Assembly (NCBI RefSeq): GCF_004010195.1
Contig: NC_057711.1
Coordinates: 41,711,581-41,775,580, forward strand
Length of the DNA: 64,000 nucleotides
Direction: 5' to 3'
Source: Chiloscyllium plagiosum
Lineage: Eukaryota
In this document: positions 11,951 to 25,620 of the stretch, piece after piece
Layout of the letters: each line of letters opens with the position of its first letter
How positions within the stretch are numbered: the stretch's first letter is position 1
Translations under genes and position numbers: made by a program
The notes under the pieces: generated by a model
What the model was told of the DNA's origin: nothing
What the model saw: only the letters and a program-made list of their open reading frames with translations
Database searches by the model: none

Positions 11951-12872
11951 ATACATAAATGCGAGGTATTGCATTTTGGTACAACAAATAAGGGTAAGGC
12001 TTTTATAATTAATAATTGGCCCTTGGTAGTGTTGTAGAACAGAAGGACCTAGGGGTGCAGATACATATTTCTTTGAAGTTTGTGTCACATATAGACAAGG
12101 TGGTTAAAAGGCATTTGCCTTCATTGCTCAGTCCTTTGAGTATAGGAGTTGGAAGTCATGTTGAGGTTGTACAGGACATTGGTGAGGCCTCTTCTGGAAT
12201 ACTGTGTCCAGTTCTAATTATCCAGTTGTAGGAAGAATATTATCAAACTGAAGAGGGTTCAGAAGAAATTTACCAAGATGCTGCTGGCTATGGAAGGCTA
12301 GAGTTATGAAGAAAGGCTGGTACTTTTTTATTTGAGTGTAGAAGATTGAGGGGTGACCTTACATAAGTATTAATAATATAACAGGTACAGATAGAGTTAA
12401 TGGTACAGGTATTTCTCCTATAACACAGTAGTTGCATTCTCGCACAATGCCGTGTTGTAGAAGTAATGCAATAGAAATAATGGGGCCTATGGGAAAAGCA
12501 GGATTGGGGCGAGACACCAAAAATACCAATAAAAATCAAACAAAAATAGTAGTTAGCTGAACACAAGCGATAGCACAGTCGAAGTAATTTTAAAAAAAAT
12601 ATATTTTAATGAAATAATATAGTAAATTTAACACTTAAGCACTAAAATCTCTGTACTTTTCGCGAAGCTCTTCACCAGAAAGCGTGCTAGCCAAGTAACC
12701 ACATGATGGGGGTACAGTTACAATGTTTAAAAGACATTTGGATGGATACATGAATAGGAAAGGTTTTGAGGGAAACAGGCCAAGAGCAGGCAGGTGAGAC
12801 TGGTTCAGTTTGGGATTATGTTCGGCATAGACTGGTTTGTCCGAAGGGTCTATTTCCGATTGTATGACTCTA
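11951..12872 (+). mobile_element. CR1 3' fragment nested in the antisense CR1
   Basis: Begins in the KCEVLHFG region (aaatgcgaggtattgcattttgg), includes ORF 12016 VVEQKDLGVQIH, and ends with ccgaagggtct...tatgactct. Confidence 0.8.
12406..12705. mobile_element. Possible Tigger/pogo-like DNA transposon end inserted in CR1
   Basis: CR1 is broken at TA|caggtatttctcctataacacagtagttgcattc, resembling a pogo-type TIR after a TA target. No second TIR is visible. Confidence 0.4.
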
Positions 12873-13419
12873 ATATCTCCAGCACTTCTCCTCTGTAATG
12901 TGGACTATTTTCAACAAATCAATATTTATTTTCCCAAGTTCCCTAGCTTCCAAGGCTTTCTCCACAGTAAAGACTGATGCATAGTAATTGTTTAGTATCT
13001 CACCCATCTCCTGTAGTTTCGCGTATAAACCATCTTGTTGATCTTTACGGGACCCTATTCTCTCCCTATTTGCTCTTTTGTCTTTAATGTGCTTGTAGAA
13101 TCTCTGTATCCTTATCCTTATCCTTAACTTTATCTGCCAAGGCTATCCATAACACCTTTTTGCCTTCCTGACCTCCTTTGAAAGAATGGTCCTACTCCCC
13201 TTATACTCTTCAAGAGATTTACTTAAGCCTAGTTGTCCACACCTGACATACCATCTCCTTATTCTTGACCAGACCCTCAATATCTCTATTCATCCATTGT
13301 TCCTTACTCCTACCAGCCTTACCCATTACTCTAAAGGTAATATACTGCCTGTTCATTACCACTTTTCTTCACCTTCAGCTTCTCAGTGATGTGAACCCCG
13401 CCTACAGGATGGACTAAAA

Positions 13420-14310
13420 CATTTCTACCTCAAGTAGTTGAAATCCAAGAAGAAAACAACACTTTGCTTGTCGAACTTCACTATATGGATGACAGTGTCA
13501 TCTTTGCTGTCTCAGAAGTGAACCTTTAAGCCTCACTTAATATCTTCATGAAATCATACCTAACAATTGGTCTCAGCTTTGATCTTAAGAAGACTCAAAT
13601 CCTTTACCAATTTGTACAGGGTCAAGCTCTTGTCCTTTCTCCAATAAGATCAACAGAGAAATCCTCCCAAACAGGAACATTTTCCCTACCTAGGAGGCTA
13701 TCACTCAGCTAAGGCTGACATTGATGCAGAGATTCATTCGCATCCAATCTGTGAATGCCACCTTTGAATGCCTCAGGATGCGAGCCTTACCATTGTGTAT
13801 AAGGCAGTCATCCTTCCAACTTTCTCTATGGCTCTGAAACTTAGTTGATAAATATATATCCCATCTCGAGGCTTGAGAAATGCAATTAATGCTGTTTGAG
13901 ACGGATTCTCCACATCAGTGTGAGGACAGGCATACTAATATTAGAATCCTAGAAGGAGCCAATAGCAACAGCAAAGAGGTCATGATCATTTGAAGCCAAC
14001 TCTGCTGGACTGGCCACATGTTGAGGATGACTGACTTACGACTCCCAAGCAAATTTTCACCCAGCTCAAGGAAGGTACTCGAACGAGTGGAAGATAAGGA
14101 GTTACCAGGCGTCCTAGAAGGCTTCCCTCAAGAAATGCAACATCGATCTCAATACATGGGAGACCCTCGTTTAGAAGAAACTGACTTCGAGGAAGCTCCT
14201 ACATGAAGAGCCAAAATTCTTTGAGAACACCTGTCAGCAAGAAGAAGTACAGAAAAGGCACCACAGAAAGGGATGCCAACAATTCAGGGGCAAGGACCAA
14301 CTCCTGGAAA
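13420..14310 (+). mobile_element. RTE-clade LINE fragment
   Basis: Translates with frameshifts to ELHYMDD, HFPYLGGYHSAKADIDAEI and WTGHMLRMTDLRLP, characteristic of the RTE/BovB RT and C-terminus. Confidence 0.75.
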
Positions 14311-14399
14311 CACTGCTAGATGCAGCTACCAATCAATTCACTGCTTTGTGCTGATAAAACATTTGTTAGCCTTTTTGAATTCTGATGGGATTCCTGTTT

Positions 14400-14830
14400 G
14401 GATTAATATGGAAACGTTAATGACTCGTCTTAGATCAATTGTTCTCTTCCTCAAACACAATGTGAAATTCATTCATTGTGATTGCTTCTTCCTCTGGGAA
14501 CATTAAAAATTAGATCATTAATGAATCCTTCCTCGTTACAAAATACCAGGTCTTGCATTGCCTGATCTGTGGTTGGCTCCTTTTCTAAGAAACTGTCCTG
14601 AAAACATTCTATGAACAATAATCTGAATTTTCCAGTCTGCATGTAGATTAAAATTCCCATGATTATGGCCTTATCTTTCTGAGAAGGCTCCATTATCTCT
14701 TTCTTTATGCCCGACTCTACCACGATGTTACTGTTAGGGAGTCTGTACTCTAGTCGTACAAGTGACTTCTTGACTTCCATCTTCCTGGGATTGTCCACAT
14801 ATCTTAGTGTCTGCAGGGGCAACTCAGTTA
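14400..14830 (-). mobile_element. CR1 endonuclease-domain fragment
   Basis: ORF 14469-14822 (-) contains YRLPNS...AIIMG...FIECFQDSFLE..PT...DLVFCNEEGFINDL. Confidence 0.75.
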
Positions 14831-15108
14831 GGCCGTCTCCCCTTTCTTTTTCCTTTACCCCTGAAATACTGTTCTGTTCAGATAACTATTCAGTTATGTT
14901 ATGAAATTTTCAAATGATTCTGCTTCCACTCCACACACAGGCAGTGCATTCCAAATCCTAACCACTTGCTTTGTAAAATCTATTGATCTTCCACTTATAT
15001 ATCCAGTGTTCTGGGTAAAGTGTTCCAATTTCACTCTGGACTATTTTGGAAGTAGGCTTTCACTCTATCCTGGTTAACTTGGAAAATTCACAGTGCTGAA
15101 AACCAATT

Positions 15109-15426
15109 TTAGATTAGATTAGATTACTTCCAGTGTGGAAACAGGCCCTTCGGCCCAACAAGTCCACACCGACCCGCCGAAGCGTAACCCACCCATTCCC
15201 CTACATTTACCCCTTTACCTAACACTATGGGCAATTTAGCATGGCCAATTCACCTGACCTGCACATCTTTGGACTGTGGGAGGAAACTGGAGCACCCGGA
15301 GGAAACCCACGCAGACACGGGGAGAATGTGCAAACTCCATACAGTCAGTCGCCTGAGGCGGGAATTGAACCCGGGTCTCTGGCGCTGTGAGGCAGCAGTG
15401 CTAACCACTGTGCCACCGTGCCGCCC
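15109..15426 (-). mobile_element. Full-length young HE1-type SINE
   Basis: tRNA-like head gggcggcacggtggcacagtggttagc...gggttcaattccc (A and B boxes), central domain, CR1-like tail and (TCTAA)n end; CpGs retained. Confidence 0.9.
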
Positions 15427-16067
15427 ATGTGGGATTTATCTTGATTCTTCTGATTGAAAAATTAATATCTGAATTTTGTCTGTGTTTTTATTTTACAGAA
15501 GCTATTTCTCATCCTCTTTAGTCTCACTGGAGATTCTCCACCCAGTTTTATCTTCTCGGATTCATTGATGCCAGGCTATACTCAGCCTTTCTGTGGCAGC
15601 ATGGCTCATATCAAGTATTCAGTCGAGCCAGAACTTGTACTTCTATCTTACCATTGGATTATAACCTTGATGTTCCCACATGAAGAAAAACTAAACTGCC
15701 GTAATTTGAATCAGATTTTAGAAATACTGTACTGCAATTCAGAATTCTAATTACATGCATTAGTACACTCTTTGGCATATTAGACAGCTGCAATTTAGCT
15801 ATGAGATTTTTTTCCTGCAAAAATATACCCTTTCCTACAGTAGTGTTGATATTTTTGTGCTTTATCTGAAGAAAATTTCTTCTCTGTGTAGCTACTAAAT
15901 CAATCATAGTACCCAGACCAAGACACAGTGAATACAGACTGGCAATCAACTCATGATTCTTCTGGCCTGTAAAATCATTAGTCATTTTTTTTAACACATT
16001 GAGCCATTGCAGAGGCTTATATTTTGAGACTAAAATTTATTTATAACCTCATTATTTACACTATACA

Positions 16068-16138
16068 AATATTTATCGTGTTTACCAGAACTAAGACAAG
16101 AATATGTGTTAGGTCTTCTGGTAAACACTATAAATATT
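16068..16138. repeat. 71-bp hairpin with 23-bp arms (22/23 complementary)
   Basis: aatatttatcgtgtttaccagaa (16068-16090) versus ttctggtaaacactataaatatt (16116-16138). Confidence 0.85.
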
Positions 16139-18051
16139 GCCATGGTAAAAGTAATGGAGGGTTGTAAACACATCTTTGTATTGGAATACAAGATATTGTA
16201 TTAGGTGTAGATTGGAAAAGAACTATGTTTGCATTCCATTGTATTTCATTAATTTACACTTGCCTAAAGACTTTGTCTCTCCAAACCTTGCAGTTTTCTA
16301 AGCTGGCACTCTAATTACGTTCTTCACTGTCACTGTGTCAAAATGCTGAAACTCCCTTCCTCAGAGTATTGTACCTTAAATACTGTATTGTTTTAATGTG
16401 GTGGCTCACCACCCCCTTCTCAAGGGCAATTCGAGATGGGAAGTGCATGTTGGCCTAGCCAGTGGATGGCTGCATCCTGTGAATAAATAAAGTTGGTGCG
16501 TATCCCAGACAATACACCCTAAAACTGATCTGATTTCTGACTTTGTAATAAAGTGTTCTGCAAGGTGGTTGGAAAGTGGTGTCCAGTGAGACAGCTTGAA
16601 ATTGACAGAAAAGTAGTTTTAAAGACAAATAGAAACATTTATTTCAAGAGAATCCACAATGAAACATTTGAACAACTCAATGCAATTTTTTCTAACTATT
16701 TCAAATGATTCAGTAATGGATTAAAATGCAAGATTACAGCCACTTGTATTCTTAAAAAAATGAATATCAATTAATAAGTCACCATAAAAATATACCAGAA
16801 GCAAATCTTTTGTGGTAACTTATGCACATAATTTGTAATATATTGAATTGGCTGCTATAGAATTTTTCAATAATAAAGAAAAATGCTTAAAAAGCAGAAA
16901 ACTATTCCTGTATAAATCATCGCAATGAAAATATTGCAAAGGCAGGAGTTTAATTTTGGTAGTTTAAAATGAAAAATATGCTCCTTTGGCATATTTTATT
17001 GCACTACCCAAATCACTTGGTTGTATTATTTTTAAAATAATGGACCAATTTGGGAACAGATTGTTACAGTTGGAAAGTATAAAATCAAAGAAGCATCAAA
17101 CAATGCAATTGCTTGTACGTTTTTATGTGCTGGGACCAGTGCTTACATGTAGCACAAGCTGAAGGGAGAACACTTTCCTTTGTTGACTATATTATGTAAA
17201 GTGAGTTGGGTAGTTTCAACCTAGTTCCCAATGAATACAGTAGCGACCACTAATTGTTCACCAAATTCACTAATTGTTAAACCCACCAAGAAGAGCTATA
17301 CAATGGTTAGTACAGGAAATTGAAAATTCTACATAGATTGTGTAATTGCTCTTTAGAAGTAAGGGTTGAGGCACTTGATTGGTTCAGAGTAGAGGTAACA
17401 TTGCTGTGGATTTGACTGCCGTAATATGATGTGGGATATCTAATGTGAAGTATTCAGTTGCCAACTACTGACATCTCTCAGCTTGATGAGAAATGAGTCC
17501 ATTTATTTATTCTTTCTACAATATGTATTTTAATTTCTATGTTTCTTTGCTGTTTTTCAGCTATTTTGTTCTCTTTCATCTGATTTTCTTGACTTTTTTG
17601 TTCATTCTTCACCAGACCACACTAATTTGAGGAATTAAATTGTGAACGCCTGGTTCCAGATTGTGGTAATCAAACTAGGAACAGATGAGCAAAGTCTCCG
17701 CTTTATTCAGAAGTCTGAACCAAATTAGTTGCTCCTTTCGTGCAATCAGACAATGGTTAAAGTATAGAAAAAATGGAATGAGGAGCACAAACGTAAAGAT
17801 AGCCATCAAAATGGCTGCCTGTGCAGGCACAAGTGGGCCCATGATGTTAGTTACTGACAACAGATACCTTCAAGCCAAAATGGATCTGTGGATGTCTCCT
17901 ATATTCCGTGCGTAATAATGTTATACTGACTGCACATGAGCAACTGGTCATTTTGAGATCAAAATTTCTGGAGCTGGGGCAAAAGTCACAAAGTAGCATC
18001 ACTGTTGATGTGGGCTGTTCCTCAACAAGGCGGGTGGAGGTGTTGTATGAT

Positions 18052-18108
18052 GTGGTGGTGGTGGTGGTGGTGACGGGGGGGAAGTGGTGGGGAGTGGAGA
18101 GAGAGAGA
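18052..18108 (+). repeat. (GTG)7 microsatellite with adjacent G-runs and (GA)n
   Basis: Directly visible; explains the poly-V and poly-T tracts in two ORFs of the track. Confidence 0.85.
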
Positions 18109-19000
18109 TATTTCTTCTCTGGGCTGAATTTAGGTTGGCTGACAGCACTGAAGATTTTGACACCACTACACTGAATGCTCAAAGTCTGACGCAGTAGAAG
18201 ATCCTTTCAATTGGAAGGCATGCTTCCGCTGCATGTCAGTAGTGTGGCATTGCCAGGTGGAATTTTTGCACCTACATGTTCCTTATGCCAACAGTGGCAT
18301 TTCTATGAAACATAGCCAAGAAGAAAATTACTCCGCCTTTTGCCTCCATGCTAGTTATCTGCAAATGTTGTTCATCTAATTGCACTCCCTCTCCCTTTAA
18401 TCCTGTACGTTTATTTTCCCCTCCGATTTGCTCAGTGTGATAACAGACTCTAACCACTTGTTGCATTTAAAAAAGTAGATTCTTTCTCATGTCACTTCCA
18501 TGAGGAGATGCTTCTGCTTGGATTCTTCAGAACTCTGAGACTCTCTACTCAATCTCTTGCCGGGTTTTGAAGAACAATGCCCCATCGTCATGAATGAAAT
18601 CCCTCAACCCTGAACTATTCTTGTAAATTGTTTTTTTTAAAGCCTACATAATCGAGTGTCATGTCCAAGAAAATTGTGGAGCAATGCAAATTTTATAAAG
18701 TAGCCAAAATAAGGCCTTCATTTATCCTTTATTTATTGTTCCTATAAATGTGTGACTGGAGAGCTAATTGTGGACAAAAAGGAAGTGACTGATGAATTGA
18801 ACAACTACTTTGTATCTGTCTTCATTATACAAGTCACATTGCAGAAGTAGTGATGAATCAGGAAATGAGAGGGAGGAAATCCAAAAAAAAAGACTCTTAC
18901 CTGAAATGTGTATTTTGACTTGCGAGTAGTAGTTGGATAGGCTGTGTTTGTATCCTTGGAATTTAGAACAGTGAGAGGCAACTTGACTGAAACACATAAG

Positions 19001-21592
19001 GATTGCCATGGTGTTAAGGGTGTAGATGGAGAGGAATTTGTTAAGTGTGTACAAGAAAATCTTCTGCTTCAATATGTGGATGTACCTACCAGAGAAGGTG
19101 CAAAACTTGACTACTCTTGGGAAATAAAGTTAAAAATCACACACCAGGTTATAGTCCAACAGGTTTAATTGGAAGCACACTAGCGTTTGGGGTGTCGCTC
19201 CTTCATCAGGTGGTCATGAAGGAGCGACGCTCCAAAAGCTACTGTGCTTCCAATTGAACCTGTTGGACTATAACCTGGTGTTGCGTGATTTTTAACTTTG
19301 TACACCCCAGTCCAACACCGGCATCTCCAAATCTTGGGAAATAAGGCAGGGCTGTTGACTGAGGTGTCAGGGGGGACAGTGACCATAGTTTTATTAGATT
19401 TAAAATAGTGACGGAAAAGGATAGACCAGATCTAAAAGTTGAAGCTCTAAATTGGGGAAAGGCCAATTTTAACGGTATTAGGCAAGAACTTTCAAAAGCT
19501 GATTGAGGGCAGATGTTCGCAGGTAAAGGGACAGCTGGAAAATGGGAAGCATTTAGAAATGAGATAACTAGAATCCAGAGACAGTATATTCCTGTTCGGG
19601 TGAAAGGAAAGGCTAGTAGGTATAGGGAATGCTGGATGACTAAAGAAATTGAGGGTTTGGTCAAGAAAAAGAAGGAAGCATATGTTAAGTATAGACAGAT
19701 TGAGTGAATCCTTAGAAGAGTATAAAGGCAGTAGGAGTATACCTAAGAGGGAAATCAGGACAGCAAAAAGGGGACATGAGATAGCTTTGGCGAATAGAAT
19801 TAAGGAGAATCCAAAGGATTTTTACAAATACATTAAATGCAAAAGGGTAACTAGGGAGAGAATAGGGCCCCTCAAAGATCAGCAAGGCGGCCTTTGTGTG
19901 GAGCTACAGAAAATGAGTGTTTTGCATCAGTACTTACTGTGGAAAAGGATGTGGAAGATATAGAATGTAGGGAAATAGATGGTGACACCTTGAAAAATGT
20001 CCATATTAAAGAGGAGGAAGTGCTGGATGTCTTGAAACGCATAAAGATGATAAATCCCCAGGAGCTGATCAGGTGTACCCTAGAACTCTGTGGGAAGCTA
20101 GAGAAGTGATTGTTAGGCCTCTTGCTGAGACATTTGTATCATCGACAGTCACAGGTGAGGTGCCGGAAGACTGGAGGTTGGCTAACGTGCCAATATTTAA
20201 GAAGGGTGGTAAGGACAAGCAAGGAAACTATAGATCATTGAGCCTGATGTCAGTGGTGGGCAAGTTGTTGGAGGGAATCCTGAGGGACAGGATGTACATG
20301 TATTTGGAAAGGCAAGGACTGATTTGGGATAGTCAACATGACCTTTTGTGTGGGAAATCATGTCTCACAAACTTGATTGAGTTTTTTGAAGAAGTAACAA
20401 AGAAGATTGATGAGAGCAGAGCGGTAGATGTGATTTATATGGACTTCAGTAAGGCGTTCGACAAGGTTCCCCATGGTGAGCAAGGTTAGATCTTAGGGAA
20501 TACAGGGAGAACTAGTCATTTGGATACAGAACTGGCTCAAAGGTAGAAGACAGAGGGTGGTGGTGGAGGATGGATTTTCAGACTGGAGGCCTGTGACCAG
20601 TGGAGTGCCACAAGGATCGGTGCTGGGTCCTCTACTTTTTGTCATTTACATAAATGATTTGGATGCGAGCATAAGAGGTACAGTTAGTAAGTTTGCAGAT
20701 GACACCAAAATTGGAGGTGTAGTGGACAGCGAAGAAGGTTACCTCAGATTACAAGGGGATTTTGATCAGATGGGCCCATGGACTGAGAAGTGGCAGATGG
20801 AGTTTAATTTAGATAAATGCAATGTACTGCATTTTGGCAAAGCAAATCTTAGCAGGACTTAAACACTTAATGGTAAGGTCGTAGGGAGTGTTGCTGAACA
20901 AAGAGACCTTTGAGTGCAGGCTCATAGCTCCTTGAGAGTGGAGTTGCAGGTAGATAGGATAGTGAAGAAGGCGTTTGGTATGCTTTCTTTTATTGGTCAG
21001 AGTATTGAGTACAGGAGTTGGGAGGTCATGTTGAGGACATTGGTTATGCCACTGTTGGAATATTGCGTGCAATTCTGGTCTCCTTGTTGGAAAGATGTTA
21101 TGAAACTTGAAAGGGTTCCGAAAATATTTATAAGGATGTTGCCAGAGTTGGAGGATTTGAGCTTTAGGGAGAGGCTGAACAGGCTGGGGCTGTTTTCCCT
21201 GGAGCATCGGAGGCTGAGGTTTACAACACTGTGAGGGGCATGGATAGGATAAATAGACAAAGTCTTTTCCCTGGGGTGGGGGAGTCCAGAAATAGAGGGC
21301 ATAGGTTTAGGGTGAGAGAGGAAAACTATAAAAGAGACCTAAGGGGCAACGTTTCCATGCAGAGGGTGGTATGTGTATGGAATGATCTGCCAGAGGAATT
21401 GGTGGAGGCTGGTACAATTGCAACACTTAAGAGGCATTTGGATAGGTATATGAATAGGAAGGGTTTGGAGGGATATGGGCCGGGTGCTGCCAGGTGGAAC
21501 TTGATTGGGTTGGGATATCTGTTCCGCATGGAAGGGTTGGACCGAAGGATCTGTTTTCATGCTGTACATCTCTATGACCCTGTGACTCTGTG
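19001..21592 (+). mobile_element. 5'-truncated CR1/HER1-type LINE, about 2.6 kb, with a disrupted RT
   Basis: ORF pieces VPEDWRLANV, VIYMDFSKAFDKVPH, SGVPQGSVLGP, KFADDTK and LEYCVQFWSP; octamer-type tail (ctctatga/ctgtga). 7-bp TSD ACATAAG (18994-19000, 21593-21599) within an older CR1 fragment. Confidence 0.95.
19128..19331. mobile_element. Penelope-derived fold-back element (family A) inserted in the CR1
   Basis: About 85-bp inverted arms; 13-bp TSD TCTTGGGAAATAA at 19115-19127 and 19332-19344; both hammerhead cores mutated. Confidence 0.85.
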
Positions 21593-22459
21593 ACATAAGA
21601 TCCTGGAGGGTCTTGACATGGTAGATGTGGAGAAGATGTTTTCTCTTTTGGGAGAGTCTTCAACTTGGGATCATTGTTTAAAAATCAAGGGCTTACCCAT
21701 TTAAATAGAAAAGGTGATTTTTTTTTTCTCTCCAAGAGCTGAGAGCCCTGGATCCCTCTTCCTGAAAAGCTTTTGGTTGCAGTGTCTTTGACTATTTTGA
21801 GGCAAAGATGATAAAATCAAACTACTACTTTTTATCAGTTCCATAGCACTGAATGGATATATACAGGAATGTAATGCTTTTACAATGGAAGTTCCTTCAG
21901 ATTGCACTATGTTTGGGAGGAATTCGCACATTGATGTATACAGTATCCCTTTGTATAATATAAATATCAGTAGCAAATGACTTGGTAATAAGTTACCAAC
22001 AATGATGCCAAGATCAACATTAATTCATTAGTGTCTGCACTGTCAGAATCAATGACAGGGGAGAACACAGACAGTCTTCACTAACTGCCAGCTGCTGTTG
22101 GCAGTAAAATGAACTCAAAAGTGGAAAACATACAAATGATGCTATATGCTTACAAACACAGAAAACAGACAGTGATTTCAAAGCAGCATCTTAAGCTTGG
22201 AGCTTTGTGGTTTCTGAAGCTTTTTTTCTTACACTGCCTGATTTTCCTTTTGACTTACTGCTCTGTAATACCTTGATGGATATTGATAATTTTCGATTTC
22301 CTTTCAGATATAAATATAAGTTGTTGAACTCCACAAGTTTGTAACATTTTTTCAATCATGAAAGGAGAAAGATCTTTCGACTTATCAGTGACAGACAGAT
22401 CTTCTGGTTTCCATGGCCCTCTATGTACTGTGACATTTAATTAAGTAAACTACCATCAT

Positions 22460-24140
22460 GGAGAGTCAGAGAGATTGTACTGCACAAAAAGAGACCTTTG
22501 GCCTATCGTTTCCATGCTTAACATCAAACAGCCATCCATTTTCCAGCACTTGGCCCATAGCCTTGGAAAGCATGTAATTTCAAGTGCTCCTCTAAACAGC
22601 TCTTAAATGTCTTGAACATTCTGGCCTCGACCGCCTTTTCAGGCAGCGAGTTCCAGACACTACTCAATCCTCTGGGTGAAAACATTTTCCTCAAATTCCC
22701 CCTAAATCTACTGCACATTGCCTTAAAATTGTGCCTCCTGATTGTTTCCCCCTCAACTCAGGGAAATGTTTCTCCCTATTAACAGGCTCTATGCCCCTCA
22801 GAAATTTGTGCACCTCAATCAACTTTCTCCACTGTAAGGAATACAAGACCAGCCAAGGGATAATCAATGAACGGCAGGACACTAAGAAGCTCGGAGAAAC
22901 CGGGATTTTGGGGTGCTTGTCCACAAATTCCTGAAGCTAGCAGAATAGGTTAATAAAGTGGATAAGAAGGTATACATGACACTTTTCTTTGTCAATAATG
23001 GCTTGATTATAAGAGCAGGGAGGTTATGTTTAAGTTGTACAAGTCTTTGATTAGGCCACAGCTGGAGTACTATGTTCAGATCTGCTTGCCATTCTATAGG
23101 AAGGAGAGGTTGCAAAGGAGATTCACTGGGATGTTGCCTACGATGGAATATCTTAGCTATGAAGAGGGCCTAGATCGACTTGAGTTGTTTTCTTAAAGAG
23201 AGAAGGTTGAGGGGTGATATGATTAAGTGTTATGTGAGATTATGAGGGGCATGGGCAGGGTGCAGAGGAAGCAGCTGTTTCCCTTAGTTGAAGGGAAAAT
23301 CAAGAGGGGGCATAATTTTATGGAGATAGGCAGGAGCTTAGAGGGAATTTGAGGAAAACTGGTGGGAATCTGGAATTCCTGAGAGGGTAATACAGGCAGG
23401 GAACCTCACGACCTTTAAAAAATATGTGCATGAGCACTTGAAATGCCATAACATTCAAGACTATGGGCCAAGTGTTGGAAAGTAGGATTAATGTAGATAA
23501 GTAGGCATAGACCTGATGGGTTGAATAACCTCCTCTGTTCTGCATGAACTATATCTATCTCGTTTCTCTTCATCGCTCATTCACTCCAATTCAGGCAACA
23601 TCCTGGTGAATCAATTCTGCACTGTTTGTAGCGCACTCACATCCTTCCTATAGTGTGGTGACAAGAACTGCACATAGTATTCCAGCTATGATCTAAAAAA
23701 TATTATATACGGCTCCATCATAATCTCCTTGCTCTTGTATTCAGTGCCCTGCCTAATAATGCTAAGTATGCCATCTGCTGCCTTGACCACCTGATCTGTG
23801 TTGCATTCAGGGATCTATAGACATGCACACCAAAGTCTGCCTGATCCTCTGTACTTTCTACAATCCTGCATTCAACATGTACTCTCTTGCCTTGTTTGTT
23901 CTCCCAAAATGCATCACTTCACACTCTCAGGATTAAATTCTATTTGCCACTATTTAGCCCATGTGACCAGCCCGCCTATGTCGTCCTGTAGTCGAAGGCT
24001 TTCCTTCTCGCTATTTACATGCTCCATCGATTTTTGTGACATCTGGGAACTCACTGGTGGTACCTCCTCCATTTGTTTCGAGATCATTAATGCACATCGC
24101 GGACAACAAGGGGCTCAGCCCTGAAACCTGTGGTAAGCTA
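22460..24140. mobile_element. Nested CR1 fragments (- strand host, + strand insert at about 22865-23550)
   Basis: ORF 22524-22718 (-) VWNSLPEKAVEA...GYGPSAGKW; the + strand segment has the LIRPQLEYYVQ motif. Confidence 0.7.
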
Positions 24141-24379
24141 CTGAAATGTTAGTACTTCTGACATAAATTAATATTGTATTTCTGAAATTTCATTTGGATG
24201 TAGAAACAGAACTGAAAGTATACCGACAGCAGGTATGTACAGCTAATCAAGGCACCCACATCAGATGTGTAATGACTGTAGCAATTAATGCCACGCTAAA
24301 TTTTAGCAATGCTCACATCACATGAATTAATACAAAGAGTAGTTCCCTGTCAGCATTTAGCAAAAGGAGTGCAAGCTGT

Positions 24380-24660
24380 TGTTTAGGATAAGAGGGGAAA
24401 GATTTGTAAGGGACTTAAGAAGGAACCTTTCCACGCAAAAGGTGCTGTGTGTATGGAATGAGTTGCCAGAGAAAGTGGTGGAGGCTGTTACAATTACAAC
24501 ATTTAAAAGGCATCATGATGGGTACATGAATGGGAAGAGTTTAGAGGGATATGGGTCAAGTGCTGGCAAATGGATCTAGATTAACTTAGGATCTCTGGTC
24601 GGCATGGACGTGCTGGAACGAAGGGTCTATTTCTGTGCTGTACATCGCTATGACACTATT
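24380..24660 (+). mobile_element. CR1 3' end
   Basis: ORF 24379 RGERFVRDLRRN...VWNELPEKVVEA...GYGSSAGKW, plus tail. Confidence 0.85.
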
Positions 24661-25314
24661 TAAGCCTGTCTTTTGACTAGAAGAGTTTATGTCTGTTGCA
24701 GTGCCCACTGCATTCCCACAATTCCTTTGCCAACTAACTGTAAAGATAAGCTCCTAATACTAGGAATCTGGTTAATAGTTGGTTAGTTTTGATGATTAAC
24801 CACTTTCAATTTGAGGCAAAATACCCAATTAGAGTATAGTGTTCAAAATAATGTGATAATTGTCAAATGACAGCTTGCAGTGAATGAGAGTGTTGATGAG
24901 GTCACTCTGTCGATGTAAAAGTTTGAAAGTCAAATTACTGAACAGTGTAATTCATTAGTTGCTCTTTATTTATATAAAATTGGTCAATTCTATACTCAGT
25001 ATATTATTTAAAAATAAAGTCCTGCTTAATCCAAGATGATGTAGGTGAAGGAATAGTAAGGGAATTAAAGACACCATGTGACTAGTTATGTGATTCAAGA
25101 GTTTTATTACAGTTGAAGGAAATAAATTTGAGTATTGTATATGTACATTTTAAGATGTGTTAGATGTTTTCCTGGGGTTCTTTGCTGTCAAGGGTAGCCA
25201 CTGTCGCCACACATGTGGAACTCAACTCTTTTGTCCATATTTGCACTAATGTGGTGAGATTATGAGCTGAGTTGTCTTGACGGAACCCTCAAATTGAGTG
25301 TCATTTAGCAGGTT

Positions 25315-25620
25315 ATAGTCATAGAGTCATAGAGTCATAGAGATGTACAGCACGGAAACAACCATCCATGCCGACCAGATATCCCAACCCAATCTAGTCC
25401 CATCTGCCAGCACCCTGCCCGTATCCCTCCAAACCCTTTCTATTCATATACCCATACAAATGCCTCTTAAATGTTGCAATTGTACCAGCCTCCATCACTT
25501 CCTCTGGCAGCTAATTCCATACACATACCACTCTCCATGTGAAAAAGTTGCCTCTTAGGTCTCTTCTATATCTTTCCCCTTTTACCCTAAACCTATGCCC
25601 TCTAGTTCTGGACTCCCTGA
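25315..25620 (-). mobile_element. CR1 3' end
   Basis: (atagagtc)n tail and ORF2 C-terminal sequence on the - strand. Confidence 0.85.

Larger units (their letters stand above)
9362..13350 (-). mobile_element. CR1/HER1-type LINE (RT to 3' tail) fragmented by several nested insertions
   Basis: 3' tail gagtcacagagtcac at 9362 and ORF 9690-9917 (-) LVRPPSEYCVQFWSPCYRKDVIKLERVQ. RT-region DNA continues at 10080-10370, 11070-11950 and 12875-13350. Confidence 0.85.

Noticed and set aside
15499-15750. Good acceptor (ttttattttacag) followed by a short ORF
   Set aside because: No clear donor or homology; at most an unprovable alternative 5' UTR exon.
17616-17915. Acceptor-like site and ORFs (17685-17915 +, 17675-17860 -) as a possible exon or nested gene
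   Set aside because: No recognisable protein similarity and no convincing donor; the XRCC4 start codon is accounted for at 49075.
19513-21593. Cluster of RT ORFs as an active retroelement or novel RT system
   Set aside because: Ordinary 5'-truncated CR1 ORF2 broken by stops and frameshifts.
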